In this document: piece after piece, positions 1-11,143 of the stretch
How the letters are laid out: every line of letters begins with the position of its first letter
Position numbering within the stretch: the first letter of the stretch is position 1
Origin: Nitrosopumilus sp.
GTDB taxonomy: Archaea > Thermoproteota > Nitrososphaeria > Nitrososphaerales > Nitrosopumilaceae
Direction: 5' to 3'
Length of the DNA: 64,000 bases
NCBI GenBank assembly: GCA_965207445.1
Contig: CBDBLX010000002.1
Location: 992,001 to 1,056,000 of the forward strand
Made by a program: the position numbers and the translations under genes
The notes under the pieces: generated by a model
Databases searched by the model: none
Told to the model about the DNA's origin: nothing
Seen by the model: only the letters and a program-made list of their open reading frames with translations

Positions 1-796
1 CGATCTGAGCAAGGAACCGATGCAGTGCGGCTTTGAGCGTGCATGGACTGCCGCCTTGTTTGCATTGCATCTGGTAAACATTTTTGACGTCCAGTACACG
101 TGGACCGGAGCCCTGGCGCTAGCTCACAGATGGGCTTTTCAATAAGAATGCCCAAGGCCAATCCACCACAAGTCTGCCAGTCCATTAGAAGAACTGCATT
201 ATGTACACGACACAATACGCGCCATCATGGCGCACGCCCGCGCCGGCTATGAGATGTTCTGCATGGATGCCGCTGCAATCACAAACTCGCCGTATGTCGC
301 GCGCGGACTACATCTCCGAGGAGGCTCTGAGACTGTAAAGGTCAACTTTTCAAAAATGAGCATGAAAATGCTGGGTGCACTCGGGGCCGACACGTGCCAC
401 CTGCACTTTTGCGACAGTGCGAATACTGTAAACGTCATAAAACTGTTGGAGATGCTCCGAGAAAAGTACGGCAAGGTATTTGTCATATGTGACAATGCAT
501 CTGCGCACAAGTCCAAAGACATCAAGCAGTATCTGGAACAGACAAGAGGACAAGTTGCACTATGGTACTTGCCGCCATACACGCCTCAGCACAATCCCAT
601 AGAGATCCAATGGCGCGAGATAAAGCGCGCACTAGCAGGCAGATACTACAAAGGTGGTTTTCCAGAGATTCAAAAGTCCATACTACACATGATGGAAAAA
701 GGCGAGGTGGGTACAGTCAGGCTGCTAGAGTACATGCGCAATGCCATACAGGACGCAAAGAACAACGCGCCAATACCAGAACTCCGGGCTGCATGA
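1..796 (+). pseudogene. IS630-family transposase, 5'-truncated by the window edge and frameshifted
   Basis: ORF 227-796 has DDE_3-type motifs (MDAA; ICDNASAHKS; LPPYTPQHNPIEIQW). The upstream HTH linker (MGFSIRMP / PRPIHHKS) is split across frames, with an in-frame TAA at 143-145. Confidence 0.85.
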
Positions 797-1030
797 ACTA
801 CATATTACGCGAACTAGGAGGTCCGGGTGAGGCTGTGCGACGCACAGATCGCACTATGATCAGGACGGTTGCGCACATACCCTTTGCCACGCCTGAATAC
901 ACGGCTGGCATGGCCATGTCCATGGAAAAATCATGGATCCGGTGTGAATTACCTCACAGGTCCTGCTTGATTTCCTAATATATGATTACAAGAATGTCTA
1001 AAAACTATCGGAACTTTAATGAAACCACTA

Positions 1031-1384
1031 TGGCCTACGGTTAGCTTGTTGAGATTGTGATATCTGCATTCAAGAGAAAGATGGAGAATATCTACCAAGA
1101 GATCAAATTAAAGATCCGCACCTATAACACAATGTTGCAAATTGGCAAGGAGGTGAAATCATAATTCTAACAACAACATAAACATAAACAACTATTTGCG
1201 CGTATAATTACGCACCAGATGCAAATAGCGTCCTAGTGCCGGATCAACATGTTTGATTTTTGAAGGTGTAAGGCTTCAAATCCGGTCATTGTGGCTTGCG
1301 CTCTTACACGTGTCACTGAAAGCCTGCCGAGTCATATTGCAACGGTGTCGTCCTACAGGATACGTATCGAATTGTACAACACGC
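1031..1384 (+). pseudogene. Remnant of the 3' end of an IS5-like transposase
   Basis: Translates to YGLR*LVEIVISAFKRKM...QEIKLKIRTYNTML, resembling the Y..R...E....K helix of IS5-like DDE enzymes. Candidate end motifs are AATTACGCACCA (1206-1217, same core as the IR of the 2624-4297 IS) and TTGTACAACACGC (to 1384). Confidence 0.5.
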
Positions 1385-1569
1385 TAATTTATTGTGATTA
1401 ATTACAATAGATGTTTCTTGTTTGTGATGTGGCAGTAAAATAACGTGACTGTACTGTCAATTAATGTAAGGCGCCATACACAGAATAATACTAATAACAA
1501 TAATTGGTCATACCATTGTATCGTACACCTATTATAGTATTATCAAGTATTTTTTAATATTCAAACCAA

Positions 1570-1863
1570 TTAATTACTATTTGTTTTAACTAGTTTCCTA
1601 AGTTCTGTAACTGCCAACTGGAAAATTGATTCATCATCGAGCGGTATGCATGGTATGTTATTTTCTTGACATGCTTTTATATTCTGTCTGTCTCTAGTTA
1701 AAAAGATCATTTTATTTGTTTGTGCATAACTAATTACAGAAAAATCTGTATGCATGCTATTTCCAGCATCATTGAGTTTTCTAACACTTTGTGCATCAAA
1801 TCCTAATTTTTGAAGTTTTATATCCCACCCATCAGAGTGCTCGTCTACAAGAATCTTCACCAT
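1570..1863 (-). CDS. DUF5615-family PIN-like protein
   Basis: N-terminal KILVDE, a central D (HTDFSVISYA) and IFLTRD are typical of DUF5615/Mut7-C-like PIN domains. Confidence 0.75.
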   Translation of the reverse strand: MVKILVDEHSDGWDIKLQKLGFDAQSVRKLNDAGNSMHTDFSVISYAQTNKMIFLTRDRQNIKACQENNIPCIPLDDESIFQLAVTELRKLVKTNSN

Positions 1864-2075
1864 GTTAAATATTATATGTGCTTCTTTATTATTGTACCTA
1901 AAATCAAATTTATTATGATTATATAATTAAAAGTCTGTAAATATTATGATATATGTAGTTGATAACTTTGATTCTTGTTATGTAACTTGTGATGGAATTT
2001 TCTATTGCAAATATTATTAAATCAAAAAATAATACACTAGTGTTTTGTAAAAAATATGCAATATTTGTTAATTCT

Positions 2076-2453
2076 TTATATTGCATTTGTGATCTCTTTG
2101 ACCTTTTCAACAATCTTGATTTTTTTGTTGATTGGCATGTCACGTTCAATGGTAAAGTATATTGTATTTCGACTTGTATACACAACCATCTGAGATACTT
2201 TTTCACGTTCAACGTGAACATATGTGACCTTGCCGAGAGTTCTGTCAAATTCTTTACGCATCTTTCTTCTTTGAGCTACTTGTTGACAAAAGTGTTCTTC
2301 TTCTCTTTGAGATTTAAGATTGGTCTTACCTGTCTTCATTATGGCTTCGCGTATCTTGCCTTGAAGGTTAATAATGGCTGCAAAACGCATTTTAGAATCC
2401 AGATTGAGGATCTTATTTACTATTTCAATAAGATCAACTTTATTGGAACTCAT
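2076..2453 (-). CDS. Thaumarchaeal roadblock/profilin-fold-like protein (DUF6659-like)
   Basis: Pattern ILNLDSKMRFAAIINLQG...RRKMRKEFDRTLGKV; paralogous to 32277-32651. Confidence 0.7.
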   Translation of the reverse strand: MSSNKVDLIEIVNKILNLDSKMRFAAIINLQGKIREAIMKTGKTNLKSQREEEHFCQQVAQRRKMRKEFDRTLGKVTYVHVEREKVSQMVVYTSRNTIYFTIERDMPINKKIKIVEKVKEITNAI

Positions 2454-2623
2454 TATATTTACAATATTTAGGACTCATATAAGCTATCGTGCTTTTACTC
2501 AATATTCGTTTTGATATTTAACTGAATATATAATATATTCTATAGTTTTGCTATATGATATGAAAATTTGGTTGTAACATATGTATTGTTAATTTAATGT
2601 CATTTTAATTTATAGTATGAATA

Positions 2624-4297
2624 GAGGTTGGTGCGTAATTGACATTTGGCCTGCCTGTGACCCGTCTGTGAACTTGGTTTATTGCACATTCAATCTACAA
2701 AAGACTGGAATCTATCTATAGTGCGTTTCGTTTTTGAATATGCATGTGTGTTTTGGCAGACATGGATTATAGAATATGAAACGTGCAAGTGTGATAGCAG
2801 TCACTATCATTGGTATGATGGAATTTTTTGCCCTTTTTCATGAGCGCAGATAAATCTGTTCAGGACGTTGATATTCCATGCAATTGATAGTATTTTACCA
2901 AATCGCTTTCTGTTTTTGGCCAGACGCATACGACAGTGCAGCCTGTGATTCTTTGTCTCTTCTGCTCCAAATATTGCCTCGATAAGTGCGCGTTGTTTGT
3001 ATGCATCTTGGTCAAAGATCTCTGCTGCCTTTTTTCTGCTTGGTTTGCCACGGTTTGTATGACCTGCGCCATCTGTGTGATTGCGTTGCTTTATGTTTGG
3101 TTTCATGTTTGCATTGAATATTGTCTCGCAATTTTGATCCGAGTCGTATCCCTTGTCTCCGTTGAATAAGCGTTCTTCAATCTGTGTATAGTTTTTTGTG
3201 AGAAAGCTGACCATATATGGAAGCATTGACGTGTCACTCACATTGCTTGGAGTTGTGTATGATGCAAGTATGATCTGGTGTCCTGTTATCGCAGTAATGT
3301 GATATTTTAGGTACATCTTGATGCGTGTAGGCTCAAAGTCTTGTAGTACATGATTAGGTCTTTCTTGTTTTTCGTACCTGTCAGTCTCTACCCCACTACT
3401 GTCTATCCCAATTGGAGCTGTAGGTTCTTGTTTTACGTCTTGTTTACCGCTCTCAAAATCCTCGGATCCGTGCGTAAGTATGGTCTCTTTACCTTTTATC
3501 GGTACCGGATCTGTCCCCGATTTTTTAAGTTCAGTTAGACACATATTGGCAGTATATGCCAAAATAGAATCAAGCCAGTCGAGATCAATTGTTTGCATAT
3601 GTTTGGTTACCCAACTATAATCAGGCTTCGGCTCGTCAACCCATTCATCATGCATATGTCCAAGCTCATTTACCACGTCACGAAAAGGAATATTTTTTGC
3701 AACTTTTAAAAGACACAAAAAATCCATCTTGTCACGAGAATGTACCGGCTTGCATCCTCTATTTGTTTTCTTTTCCTTGCACGGATGTGGGTTTTTTCGT
3801 ATCGCCGACAGCAAGGTCTTGCGCATAAAATCCGGCTCAGATTTGCGTGCCTGTTCGTAATACTGCCAATAACCTTCGCGTCGCTTGTGCTGCTCTGTCA
3901 CTATACGGTCTGCCTCCATAATCTGTTCTTATTTGAGACCCGCCCACTAAATTTACACAAACAACAAGCAGGCGCCACATTCATCACAAACCATGCATTG
4001 TAATGGGCGACATTCTGTGTAGTATAGCATGTTGTGGTAACCCACCATATGTCGTCGTTCCACCACACTTCACAAACGATACGTTGATAACATTGGCTAG
4101 TCAACGTTGTTTAGCATCCCCTTTGTTATTATCACAATTATTCAATTGGGATGCCCCTATAAGTAACTTTTGGTATGCGCGCATATACTTTTATATATGA
4201 GCTTATTAAATATATATACATAAAACTCTGGCGATATTTGCAGATGGCTTTGCAAGTACGATGCAGGTGGCGATTTGATGAATTACGCACCAACCAC
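2624..4297 (-). mobile_element. IS4/IS5-superfamily insertion sequence, copy 1 (1,674 bp)
   Basis: 17-bp terminal IRs with one mismatch (GAGGTTGGTGCGTAATT ... AATTACGCACCAACCAC) and a 9-bp TSD GTATGAATA (2615-2623 / 4298-4306). Apparently identical to 30083-31756. Confidence 0.95.
2807..3919 (-). CDS. DDE transposase (DDE_Tnp_1-like, IS4/IS5 superfamily)
   Basis: Motifs IGIDSSG, KYH, GDKGYDS and YKQRALIEAIFG. Confidence 0.9.
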   Translation of the reverse strand: MEADRIVTEQHKRREGYWQYYEQARKSEPDFMRKTLLSAIRKNPHPCKEKKTNRGCKPVHSRDKMDFLCLLKVAKNIPFRDVVNELGHMHDEWVDEPKPDYSWVTKHMQTIDLDWLDSILAYTANMCLTELKKSGTDPVPIKGKETILTHGSEDFESGKQDVKQEPTAPIGIDSSGVETDRYEKQERPNHVLQDFEPTRIKMYLKYHITAITGHQIILASYTTPSNVSDTSMLPYMVSFLTKNYTQIEERLFNGDKGYDSDQNCETIFNANMKPNIKQRNHTDGAGHTNRGKPSRKKAAEIFDQDAYKQRALIEAIFGAEETKNHRLHCRMRLAKNRKRFGKILSIAWNINVLNRFICAHEKGQKIPSYQ

Positions 4298-4340
4298 GTA
4301 TGAATATGAGATTAATAACGCTTAATGTGTTATCTAAAGT

Positions 4341-4550
4341 GTGATACTCTCAGTATTTATCATATTAATCGGTCTTACTATGTTTGTGTCTGGTTTGGTG
4401 GTGTTTTACTCTATTGAGATGGGGCAGTTTGAGCCTGTATCTAGATTTATCAAAAATACTGGAATATTCATTGGGTTAACTGGGATAGGAGCAGTTATGG
4501 TTGGTATACTTTTGTTATTAATAGACAAAAGTGAGCCGATCAAAGACTAG
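4341..4550 (+). CDS. Small two-TM membrane protein
   Basis: Two hydrophobic helices. The start codon is uncertain and lies close to the IS end. Confidence 0.55.
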   Translation: MILSVFIILIGLTMFVSGLVVFYSIEMGQFEPVSRFIKNTGIFIGLTGIGAVMVGILLLLIDKSEPIKD

Positions 4551-4622
4551 TATTATTTGGTAAAATATAGTTTGATCAATATTGTCACAACTATTAATTG
4601 TATAATCTATGGTATTGATAAC

Positions 4623-5096
4623 ATGGATGCTAACAAAGCATGGCTTGGCGCATTATACCTCAAAGATGAGGGTGGATATGATATTGTTCTAAAAGCACTA
4701 GAACACTATAAAAGACGATTAAAAACTATAGGAAAAAGTCCAGAATTGCAAGGTGCTGCTGCAATGTTTTCTGTCGTATTACGCCAACAGGCAGTCAAAA
4801 TAATCCCAGAGATTGATGTAGTATGTGACAAAATATGTAATAGCTTGGCTTGTAATGATTATACTCTAGTCAGTAAGATTGTAGATGATATGCCACTTGT
4901 CAAAAAAGCGCTTTTATGTTACAAATCAGATATACAAAAAGCTCGTGATACAAAACATGAATATTTTATAAAACTGATACATCATCACAATGACAAAAAA
5001 TCATCTACAGAGGATTCACAATCATCAGAAACAACATCTGATACACTGGACATGATTGAATCTGCAATACTTAAACTTGATGCATCTGAGACATGA
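4623..5096 (+). CDS. Hypothetical protein
   Basis: ORF 4557-5096 with likely start MDANKAWLG at 4623; ordinary globular composition and a His/Ser/Thr-rich C-terminal segment. Confidence 0.65.
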   Translation: MDANKAWLGALYLKDEGGYDIVLKALEHYKRRLKTIGKSPELQGAAAMFSVVLRQQAVKIIPEIDVVCDKICNSLACNDYTLVSKIVDDMPLVKKALLCYKSDIQKARDTKHEYFIKLIHHHNDKKSSTEDSQSSETTSDTLDMIESAILKLDASET

Positions 5097-5108
5097 TTAT
5101 AATATTCG

Positions 5109-5348
5109 TTAACGTGCACTGATTCCTTGCAGATACCAATCCACATACGGCTTTAGTGCAGCGCACTTTATTCTTCGCTCTTGTTCGTCGTTCTCACCTT
5201 CAATGGCGTCTATCTTTTTTTGCAGATACAAAGATGTGTGCTTGCTCTTTAAAAAGGGACGTATGTGATTTAACACCATCACTATATCTTTTGTCGATAC
5301 GTGCTCAAAGTCGTTGCTTATACGTTTGGCATCCATCTCTAGTGTCAC
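5109..5348 (-). CDS. Small hypothetical protein
   Basis: 79-aa helical-looking ORF ending LKPYVDWYLQG, convergent with the preceding gene. Confidence 0.6.
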   Translation of the reverse strand: MTLEMDAKRISNDFEHVSTKDIVMVLNHIRPFLKSKHTSLYLQKKIDAIEGENDEQERRIKCAALKPYVDWYLQGISAR

Positions 5349-5397
5349 ATGTCAAATCGGCTTGCACTCTTTATTATTTCTTGCATTGTGTTGATAT

Positions 5398-5478
5398 GTA
5401 ACCGTTTAACTCCTGTGTCTGTTTTAGACGTTAGATGATGAATCTGTGCCTAAATTTGGGAAGAGGTTGAACGGTTAC
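5398..5478. mobile_element. 81-bp MITE with IS66-type GTAAC ends (family M1)
   Basis: Ends GTAACCGTTTAAC ... GTTGAACGGTTAC; flanks TGTTGATAT / TGTTAATAT look like a 9-bp TSD with one mismatch. An inverted homolog lies at 39343-39422. Confidence 0.8.
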
Positions 5479-5571
5479 TGTTAATATGATATACACATGA
5501 AAAATTTTCTACCAATTTTTTACTAAAAATAATCACAATAAAATAATTTATCTATACAGTTATCATAAACG

Positions 5572-5679
5572 TAGTGTTTCAAATAAAGAATAAAAAATTC
5601 CATAGACAAACATCAATGGCTCAGGAACAATAAATGAAGATAAAAACCGAAAAATTTTGGTTCATTGTTTTAATTACTA
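5572..5679. repeat. Dispersed ~110-bp MITE-like repeat (family M3), copy 1
   Basis: Shares AGTGTTTCAAATAAAGAAT.AAAAATTCCATAG...GTT.TAAT.ACTA with 37551-37664; weak TAGT..ACTA terminal IR. Confidence 0.65.
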
Positions 5680-5755
5680 GTAGCTTGTTCTAGTCGAATA
5701 ATGTTTATACTCTAATATCTGACTATCTTACAGATCTTAGACTGGTGAACTTGAA

Positions 5756-6244
5756 ATGAATACTGATTTTACAAAATTTAAAGACAAATTATTTAAAATT
5801 CGACAACTTGCATACAACACATACGATATCCAACATCCTATGATCAAAGGACAGTTGCGCATAATTGCCGTTCCTGGGAATTTTGTTCAAATGGCTAGGG
5901 CAAATACTGAGGATGGTATTCCTCAGATTGGCGTAGGGACGCAAAATGTTATAGGATTTAGCAACATGGGCAAGAAACTAAAACCGATCAACTCTAATAT
6001 ATCGCCAGATCAACTCTCTTCTACTGACAAAGAAGATATTACAAGATATGTTGAGAATGAACACGAACCTTGGAACGAATTCTTACTAGAGGATAACCTA
6101 CTAGTAAGACTAAAAACTGTATTGACCAAAGTCACGTGGGTGAAACCATCTGTCAACATTCAAGGAGACCCGCTTCTTTGGGTTCGTACTAGTATCAATG
6201 TGGACGTATCTAAATCTAAAATTGGTGAATCTGGACTGGTATAA
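5756..6244 (+). CDS. Hypothetical protein
   Basis: 162-aa ORF whose C-terminal EPWNEFLLEDNLLVRLKTVLTKV...GDP segment looks like a conserved domain; function unknown. Confidence 0.65.
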   Translation: MNTDFTKFKDKLFKIRQLAYNTYDIQHPMIKGQLRIIAVPGNFVQMARANTEDGIPQIGVGTQNVIGFSNMGKKLKPINSNISPDQLSSTDKEDITRYVENEHEPWNEFLLEDNLLVRLKTVLTKVTWVKPSVNIQGDPLLWVRTSINVDVSKSKIGESGLV

Positions 6245-6313
6245 AAGACACGTGTATGACATTTACAATAATCATTATTTACACGACAATAACGAGTACA
6301 TCAGACACCAACA

Positions 6314-6598
6314 TTAATCCTCTTGTAATGTTGCATCGTCATTACTCCATGTAACTCGAAACTTACCTGTGACTCGTAGTACATCCACTGTACCTCCTTT
6401 TTTGAATATTAGGCGGTATGGCTTGTGTGATGTGTCTTCAATGTCAAGGGGCACATCGTCTGTTCTTGCTCGAAATTTGACTGGATCATTTGAGACTTGC
6501 TCCCACTGTGCAGAGTCAAAATCCATGTATAGTTTGGTGTACAACAATCCCATGATGTGTCGTATGTGCACCTGTATAAATAATGAGTTGATAGGCAC
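6314..6598 (-). CDS. Small hypothetical protein (start may be the internal MDFDSAQW)
   Basis: Beta-rich ~70-aa core, co-oriented downstream of EF-2. Confidence 0.6.
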   Translation of the reverse strand: MPINSLFIQVHIRHIMGLLYTKLYMDFDSAQWEQVSNDPVKFRARTDDVPLDIEDTSHKPYRLIFKKGGTVDVLRVTGKFRVTWSNDDATLQED

Positions 6599-7025
6599 GT
6601 CATTGCAAATTTAATTAATATATAATTATATGGATATATTAATAAAGTTTTTATCTAGTGATATATATGACAAAATAAATGGATATTTTTCTCAAAAAAT
6701 TACACAGAAACTCACTATTATTTTTTTTAATTTGTCTATTCAAATGAATTTACCAAATATCGAGTTTTATAAAATGTTCATTGTTGATTAGATATTATCT
6801 TTGGGGTCTATATTACAATCTGTGATTTCGTTGTGAATATTATTACTCATTTGAATTTTTGCTCAAATAAATTAAATTTTATTTATATAATTATTTTATT
6901 TTATAACCATTCAACTCACATACCTACGTCATACGTTAGGCGGTGAATCCGTACATAAATTTGGTAAGGGGTTTTAATTTTTTTATTGTAAAATAAGATT
7001 AACGTGAAAATGAAATATGTGTATA

Positions 7026-9218
7026 TCATTCTTTGTCGATAAACTCATTTGCTTGTGGTGGATTCGGTGACAGTCCTTTGCGCTTTCTGATATCACTTAT
7101 TGCAGATTCTAAAAGCGACTTTGGAACCTCACTCCATTCTTTAAATGATGTATTCCATGTTGCCCTACCTGCTGTCTGACCTCTCATCTCTTCTGATAGT
7201 GTAAATGTCTCTGATGCCGGTATCTCGCCTGTGACTATACTTGATGCGCCCATTTGTGACATGTCCAAAACCTTGCCGCGTTTACCTGACAGTACTGTTG
7301 CTACATTCCCAACTAAATCCGTAGGTACGCGGACCTCTATTGCAAGCATGGGCTCTAGTACTATTGTCCCTGCAGTTAACAGCGCTCCCATACATGCCCT
7401 TCTTGATGCCGGACCTAGTTGTGACAGTCCCCGATGGGCAGTATCTTCGTGTGGAACAAAATGTGTAAATGTAAATTTACAATCCCTCATCTGCTCACGA
7501 CATAATGGACCTTCTTTCATAACCTCTTCAAATCCAGAGTTGATAGAGTCTGTAGACTCTTGGACAAACTGTACACCTTTGGTCCCATTTATCATTACAT
7601 TTCCGCGTGAGTCAAGACGCATAATTCTCTTGATCGTATCTGTATCCCACCCTGCACCCTTTAGCAGATCTGAGACTGTCTTTTTATCCTTCATATCACT
7701 GATCTCACCTGTTCTGAGCATATTTGCAATCTCTGGTTCTAGTGGTTCTACTTTCATGAATATCTTGTTGTGTCTGTTCGGTGACTTTGCCATTACGGGC
7801 TCACACGTTGAGCGTACAGTCTCCCTATAGTTTATCAGAGGCTCTGATGTTATTATCTCTAGTTTTGCATCTTGTATTCTATGGGTTGCAACATCTAAAT
7901 GCAACACCCCCATACCTGCCACAATAGTCTCTCCACTCTCTTCATCTATCTTTACTACTAAATTCGGATCTTCTATAGTTAGTTGTTTTAGCACTTCAAC
8001 TAACTTTGGCAAGTCTTTTGGGTGCTTTGGCTCTATTGCAACTTGAACCACTGGTTCTGATACGTACTTTACCCCTTCAAAAACTGGCATGTCTTTTATC
8101 ATTGATATTGTGTTTCCTGCCCTTGCATCTGTCAGTCCTAGTAGCGCAGGTATATTACCTGCTCCTAGTTCTCCTACTTGCTCACGTTGATTTCCCATGA
8201 AAAAGTTTACAGATTGAATGCGTCCTTGGCGCTTTTCATCAATTATGTGTATTGTTTGCCCATCACGAACGGTACCTGAAAATAGTCTTCCAATGGCAAC
8301 AGGACCTGCAGCGGGATCAAGTACCATGTTGACGATCATCATTATGGTGGGTCCTTCATCACTACACTCTAAAAGAGCTTTTCCTACATCAGAGTCCAAG
8401 TCACCTTTCCATATCTGTGGTATACGATACTTTACTGCCTCGTGCGGTGCCGGATGGTGTTTAACTACCATTCCCAATACTGCATCTGCAAGCGGCGCTT
8501 TTTCAACTAACTCTGCTACTTTTTCACCTTCGTATGCATCTATTACATCTTTGAATGTTATTCCGCGCTCTTTCATCATATCAATGTTAATTGCCCATCG
8601 ATCTTTTGCAGAACCAAACGTCACACTAGCGTCTTGAATTGAGACCTTCCATTTGTCACGATACTCTGCTTCTGCATATGTGTCGATCAATCGATTAAAG
8701 TTTGACACTACATCAGCTAACTGTTGTTGCATCTTTTCAGGTGTAAGTCGAAGTTCTTTTATCAAACGGTCTACTTTATTTATGAACAGTACTGGTCGCA
8801 CTCTCTCCTCTAATGCCATGCGTGTTACAGTCTCTGTTTGAGTCATTATGCCCTCAACAGCGTCACACACTACAACTGCACCATCAATTGCTCTTAGACT
8901 CCTGATCACTCTACCACTAAAATCAACATGACCTGGTGTGTCGATCATATTTATGACGTATTCTTTGCCCCCTTGTGAAAAATGTAGTGTGACGTTTGCT
9001 TGATATATGGTAATTCCCCTTTGCTGTTCTTCTTTATCAAAGTCCATTGCAAGTGCCTTACCTGCTGCTGAAGGTGCAATAATCCCAGAGTATGCCAACA
9101 GACTGTCACTCATCGTAGTCTTGCCATGATCCACATGTGCAATAACTCCAAAGTTGCGTATTTGGTCCTTGTTTTTGATGATCTTCAAAACCTCGCCTGT
9201 TGACTTGAATTTTACCAT
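7026..9218 (-). CDS. fusA: Translation elongation factor aEF-2
   Basis: GTPase motifs AHVDHGKTT, RGITI, DTPGHVDF and NKVD; diphthamide loop HEDTAHRG. The ORF track starts at 9233; MVKFKST at 9218 is the more likely start. Confidence 0.98.
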   Translation of the reverse strand: MVKFKSTGEVLKIIKNKDQIRNFGVIAHVDHGKTTMSDSLLAYSGIIAPSAAGKALAMDFDKEEQQRGITIYQANVTLHFSQGGKEYVINMIDTPGHVDFSGRVIRSLRAIDGAVVVCDAVEGIMTQTETVTRMALEERVRPVLFINKVDRLIKELRLTPEKMQQQLADVVSNFNRLIDTYAEAEYRDKWKVSIQDASVTFGSAKDRWAINIDMMKERGITFKDVIDAYEGEKVAELVEKAPLADAVLGMVVKHHPAPHEAVKYRIPQIWKGDLDSDVGKALLECSDEGPTIMMIVNMVLDPAAGPVAIGRLFSGTVRDGQTIHIIDEKRQGRIQSVNFFMGNQREQVGELGAGNIPALLGLTDARAGNTISMIKDMPVFEGVKYVSEPVVQVAIEPKHPKDLPKLVEVLKQLTIEDPNLVVKIDEESGETIVAGMGVLHLDVATHRIQDAKLEIITSEPLINYRETVRSTCEPVMAKSPNRHNKIFMKVEPLEPEIANMLRTGEISDMKDKKTVSDLLKGAGWDTDTIKRIMRLDSRGNVMINGTKGVQFVQESTDSINSGFEEVMKEGPLCREQMRDCKFTFTHFVPHEDTAHRGLSQLGPASRRACMGALLTAGTIVLEPMLAIEVRVPTDLVGNVATVLSGKRGKVLDMSQMGASSIVTGEIPASETFTLSEEMRGQTAGRATWNTSFKEWSEVPKSLLESAISDIRKRKGLSPNPPQANEFIDKE

Positions 9219-9352
9219 GTTGGCAACGCTCAAATTTTAGCTTTTAAATCTTGGCTTGTTTAATCAATTGATTATATAAAAAACAAAATCCAATTTTTCT
9301 GATTTTGATACAATCCACTGATTTTTATTACAATTGATGAATTTTCATATCA

Positions 9353-10195
9353 ATGCAAATAACTGTGGGACATACACCTGATGCTGATGATGCGTTTATG
9401 TTTTATGGTATGCTATCTGGAAAAATTCCATCACCTGGATTTGAGATTGCACATGTGGTAGAGGATATAGAAGCACTCAACTGCAAGGCACTGTCCCCTA
9501 GTCTTGATGTGACTGCAGTGTCTGCGCATGCGTGCGCATTTATACCTGGATATACGATACTTCGAAGTGGTGGGAGTTTTGGATTAGGGTATGGTCCAAT
9601 AGTCACTACTAAAATGGAAAATAGTCAGATAAGCATTAATGATCTAAGTGATGCTACCATTGCCATACCTGGAAAGATGACGTCGGCATTTTTGTTACTG
9701 CAGCTTGTCATTGGTAAATTTAAATATGTAGAGATGAACTTTGCACAGATACCTGATGCTGTGCGTTTGGGCAAGGTGGATGCTGGGCTAGTAATTCATG
9801 AGACACAGCTCTCATACACTAATGAAGGAATTGCAAAGATTTTTGATGTGGGACGATGGTGGCATGATACTACTGGCGGTCTTCCTGTTCCATTGGGTGT
9901 TAATGTGATTAAAAGCGACCTTGGGGAACAAACAATTACAAAGTTTGATAGATATTTGCGAGATTCTATACAGTATGGTCTTGATAATGATAATGATGCT
10001 ATTGACTATGCAATGAAATATGCTAGAGGAAAACCAAAGGACATGATAAACAAATTTGTTCACATGTATGTTAACAAGTCAACTGTAAACATGGGTGATG
10101 CAGGTGAAAAAGCTATAAACTTGATGTTTAATATGGCGTCTCAGCGTAACCTATTGGAAAAACCATTTGTTGCAAAGATTGCTCCAAAACTTTGA
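9353..10195 (+). CDS. mqnD: 1,4-dihydroxy-6-naphthoate synthase (MqnD, futalosine pathway)
   Basis: Motifs GHTPDADDAFMFY, SGGSFGLGYGP, AGLVIHE and GLPVPLG. Confidence 0.9.
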   Translation: MQITVGHTPDADDAFMFYGMLSGKIPSPGFEIAHVVEDIEALNCKALSPSLDVTAVSAHACAFIPGYTILRSGGSFGLGYGPIVTTKMENSQISINDLSDATIAIPGKMTSAFLLLQLVIGKFKYVEMNFAQIPDAVRLGKVDAGLVIHETQLSYTNEGIAKIFDVGRWWHDTTGGLPVPLGVNVIKSDLGEQTITKFDRYLRDSIQYGLDNDNDAIDYAMKYARGKPKDMINKFVHMYVNKSTVNMGDAGEKAINLMFNMASQRNLLEKPFVAKIAPKL

Positions 10196-11034
10196 TTAAA
10201 TTTTATAATTATTTAAAATGATTATACTCTATAATAAAGTGTTACTATAATGTATGATCATTTATATGAATTGATAGGTTAAATGATGAGTGTTGCTTGT
10301 GGGTTGTTGCTTGTGGGTTGTTGGTGTATGATAAACTTGCATGATTTCACATCTAAAAAATTTGTGTGAATCAAGGTGTGAACCAACCTATTTTGGCATA
10401 ATAACAAGATCATATATTTTTAAGATGTATCATCAGACGGTGGGCCAATGATTTTACACAACTCCTCCCAGACATTTAGTCCACGCAGCTTCCACGTCTC
10501 AACACAACTAAATATTACACAGAGATTTTCTGCTCCCTTGTCACTCTTCAACTGTAGATGATTGTTCCTCTGACCTATTACAGGTTTCATTGACTGTTCT
10601 CCAAGATTTGTGGTATAGTAGACAAATGGATACAAAACAAATGTAAAAAGTTCGGGCGCTGCATTTTTTAGTGTGGTGCCAAACTTTTTCATTATCTCAT
10701 ATCTGCTTTTTTTGTATCTAGATATTATACCACACAACCATTTTTGAAGTTTTGTAACATATGAACGCCTACTCTTTAAAGAGCGGTCGCCACGAGTCCA
10801 TTTGCGCAACGCGATAAATTTTTTGTTCAACTCATTGTACAGATTGGTAGCAGATTCAAGTTCACTACGATTTGAAATAGTTCTACTCTCCCGCACAATG
10901 TGTTGTGTGTAGCGCTGTTTTATGTGATTTGAGAATACAGTACCATACCCGCGATATCCATCTCGACTTATTGCACCAATACAGTTTTCGGCCTGTACTA
11001 TGAGATCTGTTGCACTACGATTCTGAGAGTGCAT

Positions 11035-11143
11035 ACTGATATGATTAAAGATCCGATATTTTGATTGATATTCATCTCGAAGTTGAGTACATATTATGAA
11101 TACAAAATATTAGAAAACTATCGGATCTTTAATGAAACTATTA
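11035..11143. mobile_element. 109-bp MITE nested in the IS66-B transposase (family M4)
   Basis: Absent from the sister copy near 22597; flanked by TGCAT direct repeats; 15-bp perfect subterminal IR ATTAAAGATCCGATA (11044-11058) / TATCGGATCTTTAAT (11119-11133). Confidence 0.85.

Noticed and set aside
227..1384. IS630-associated RNA-guided nuclease (TnpB/IscB) or its ncRNA
   Set aside because: No RuvC or zinc-finger motifs downstream; the region reads as IS5-like debris.
1919..2471. ORFs 1919-2248 and 1989-2471
   Set aside because: They are shadows of the DUF6659-like gene at 2076-2453.
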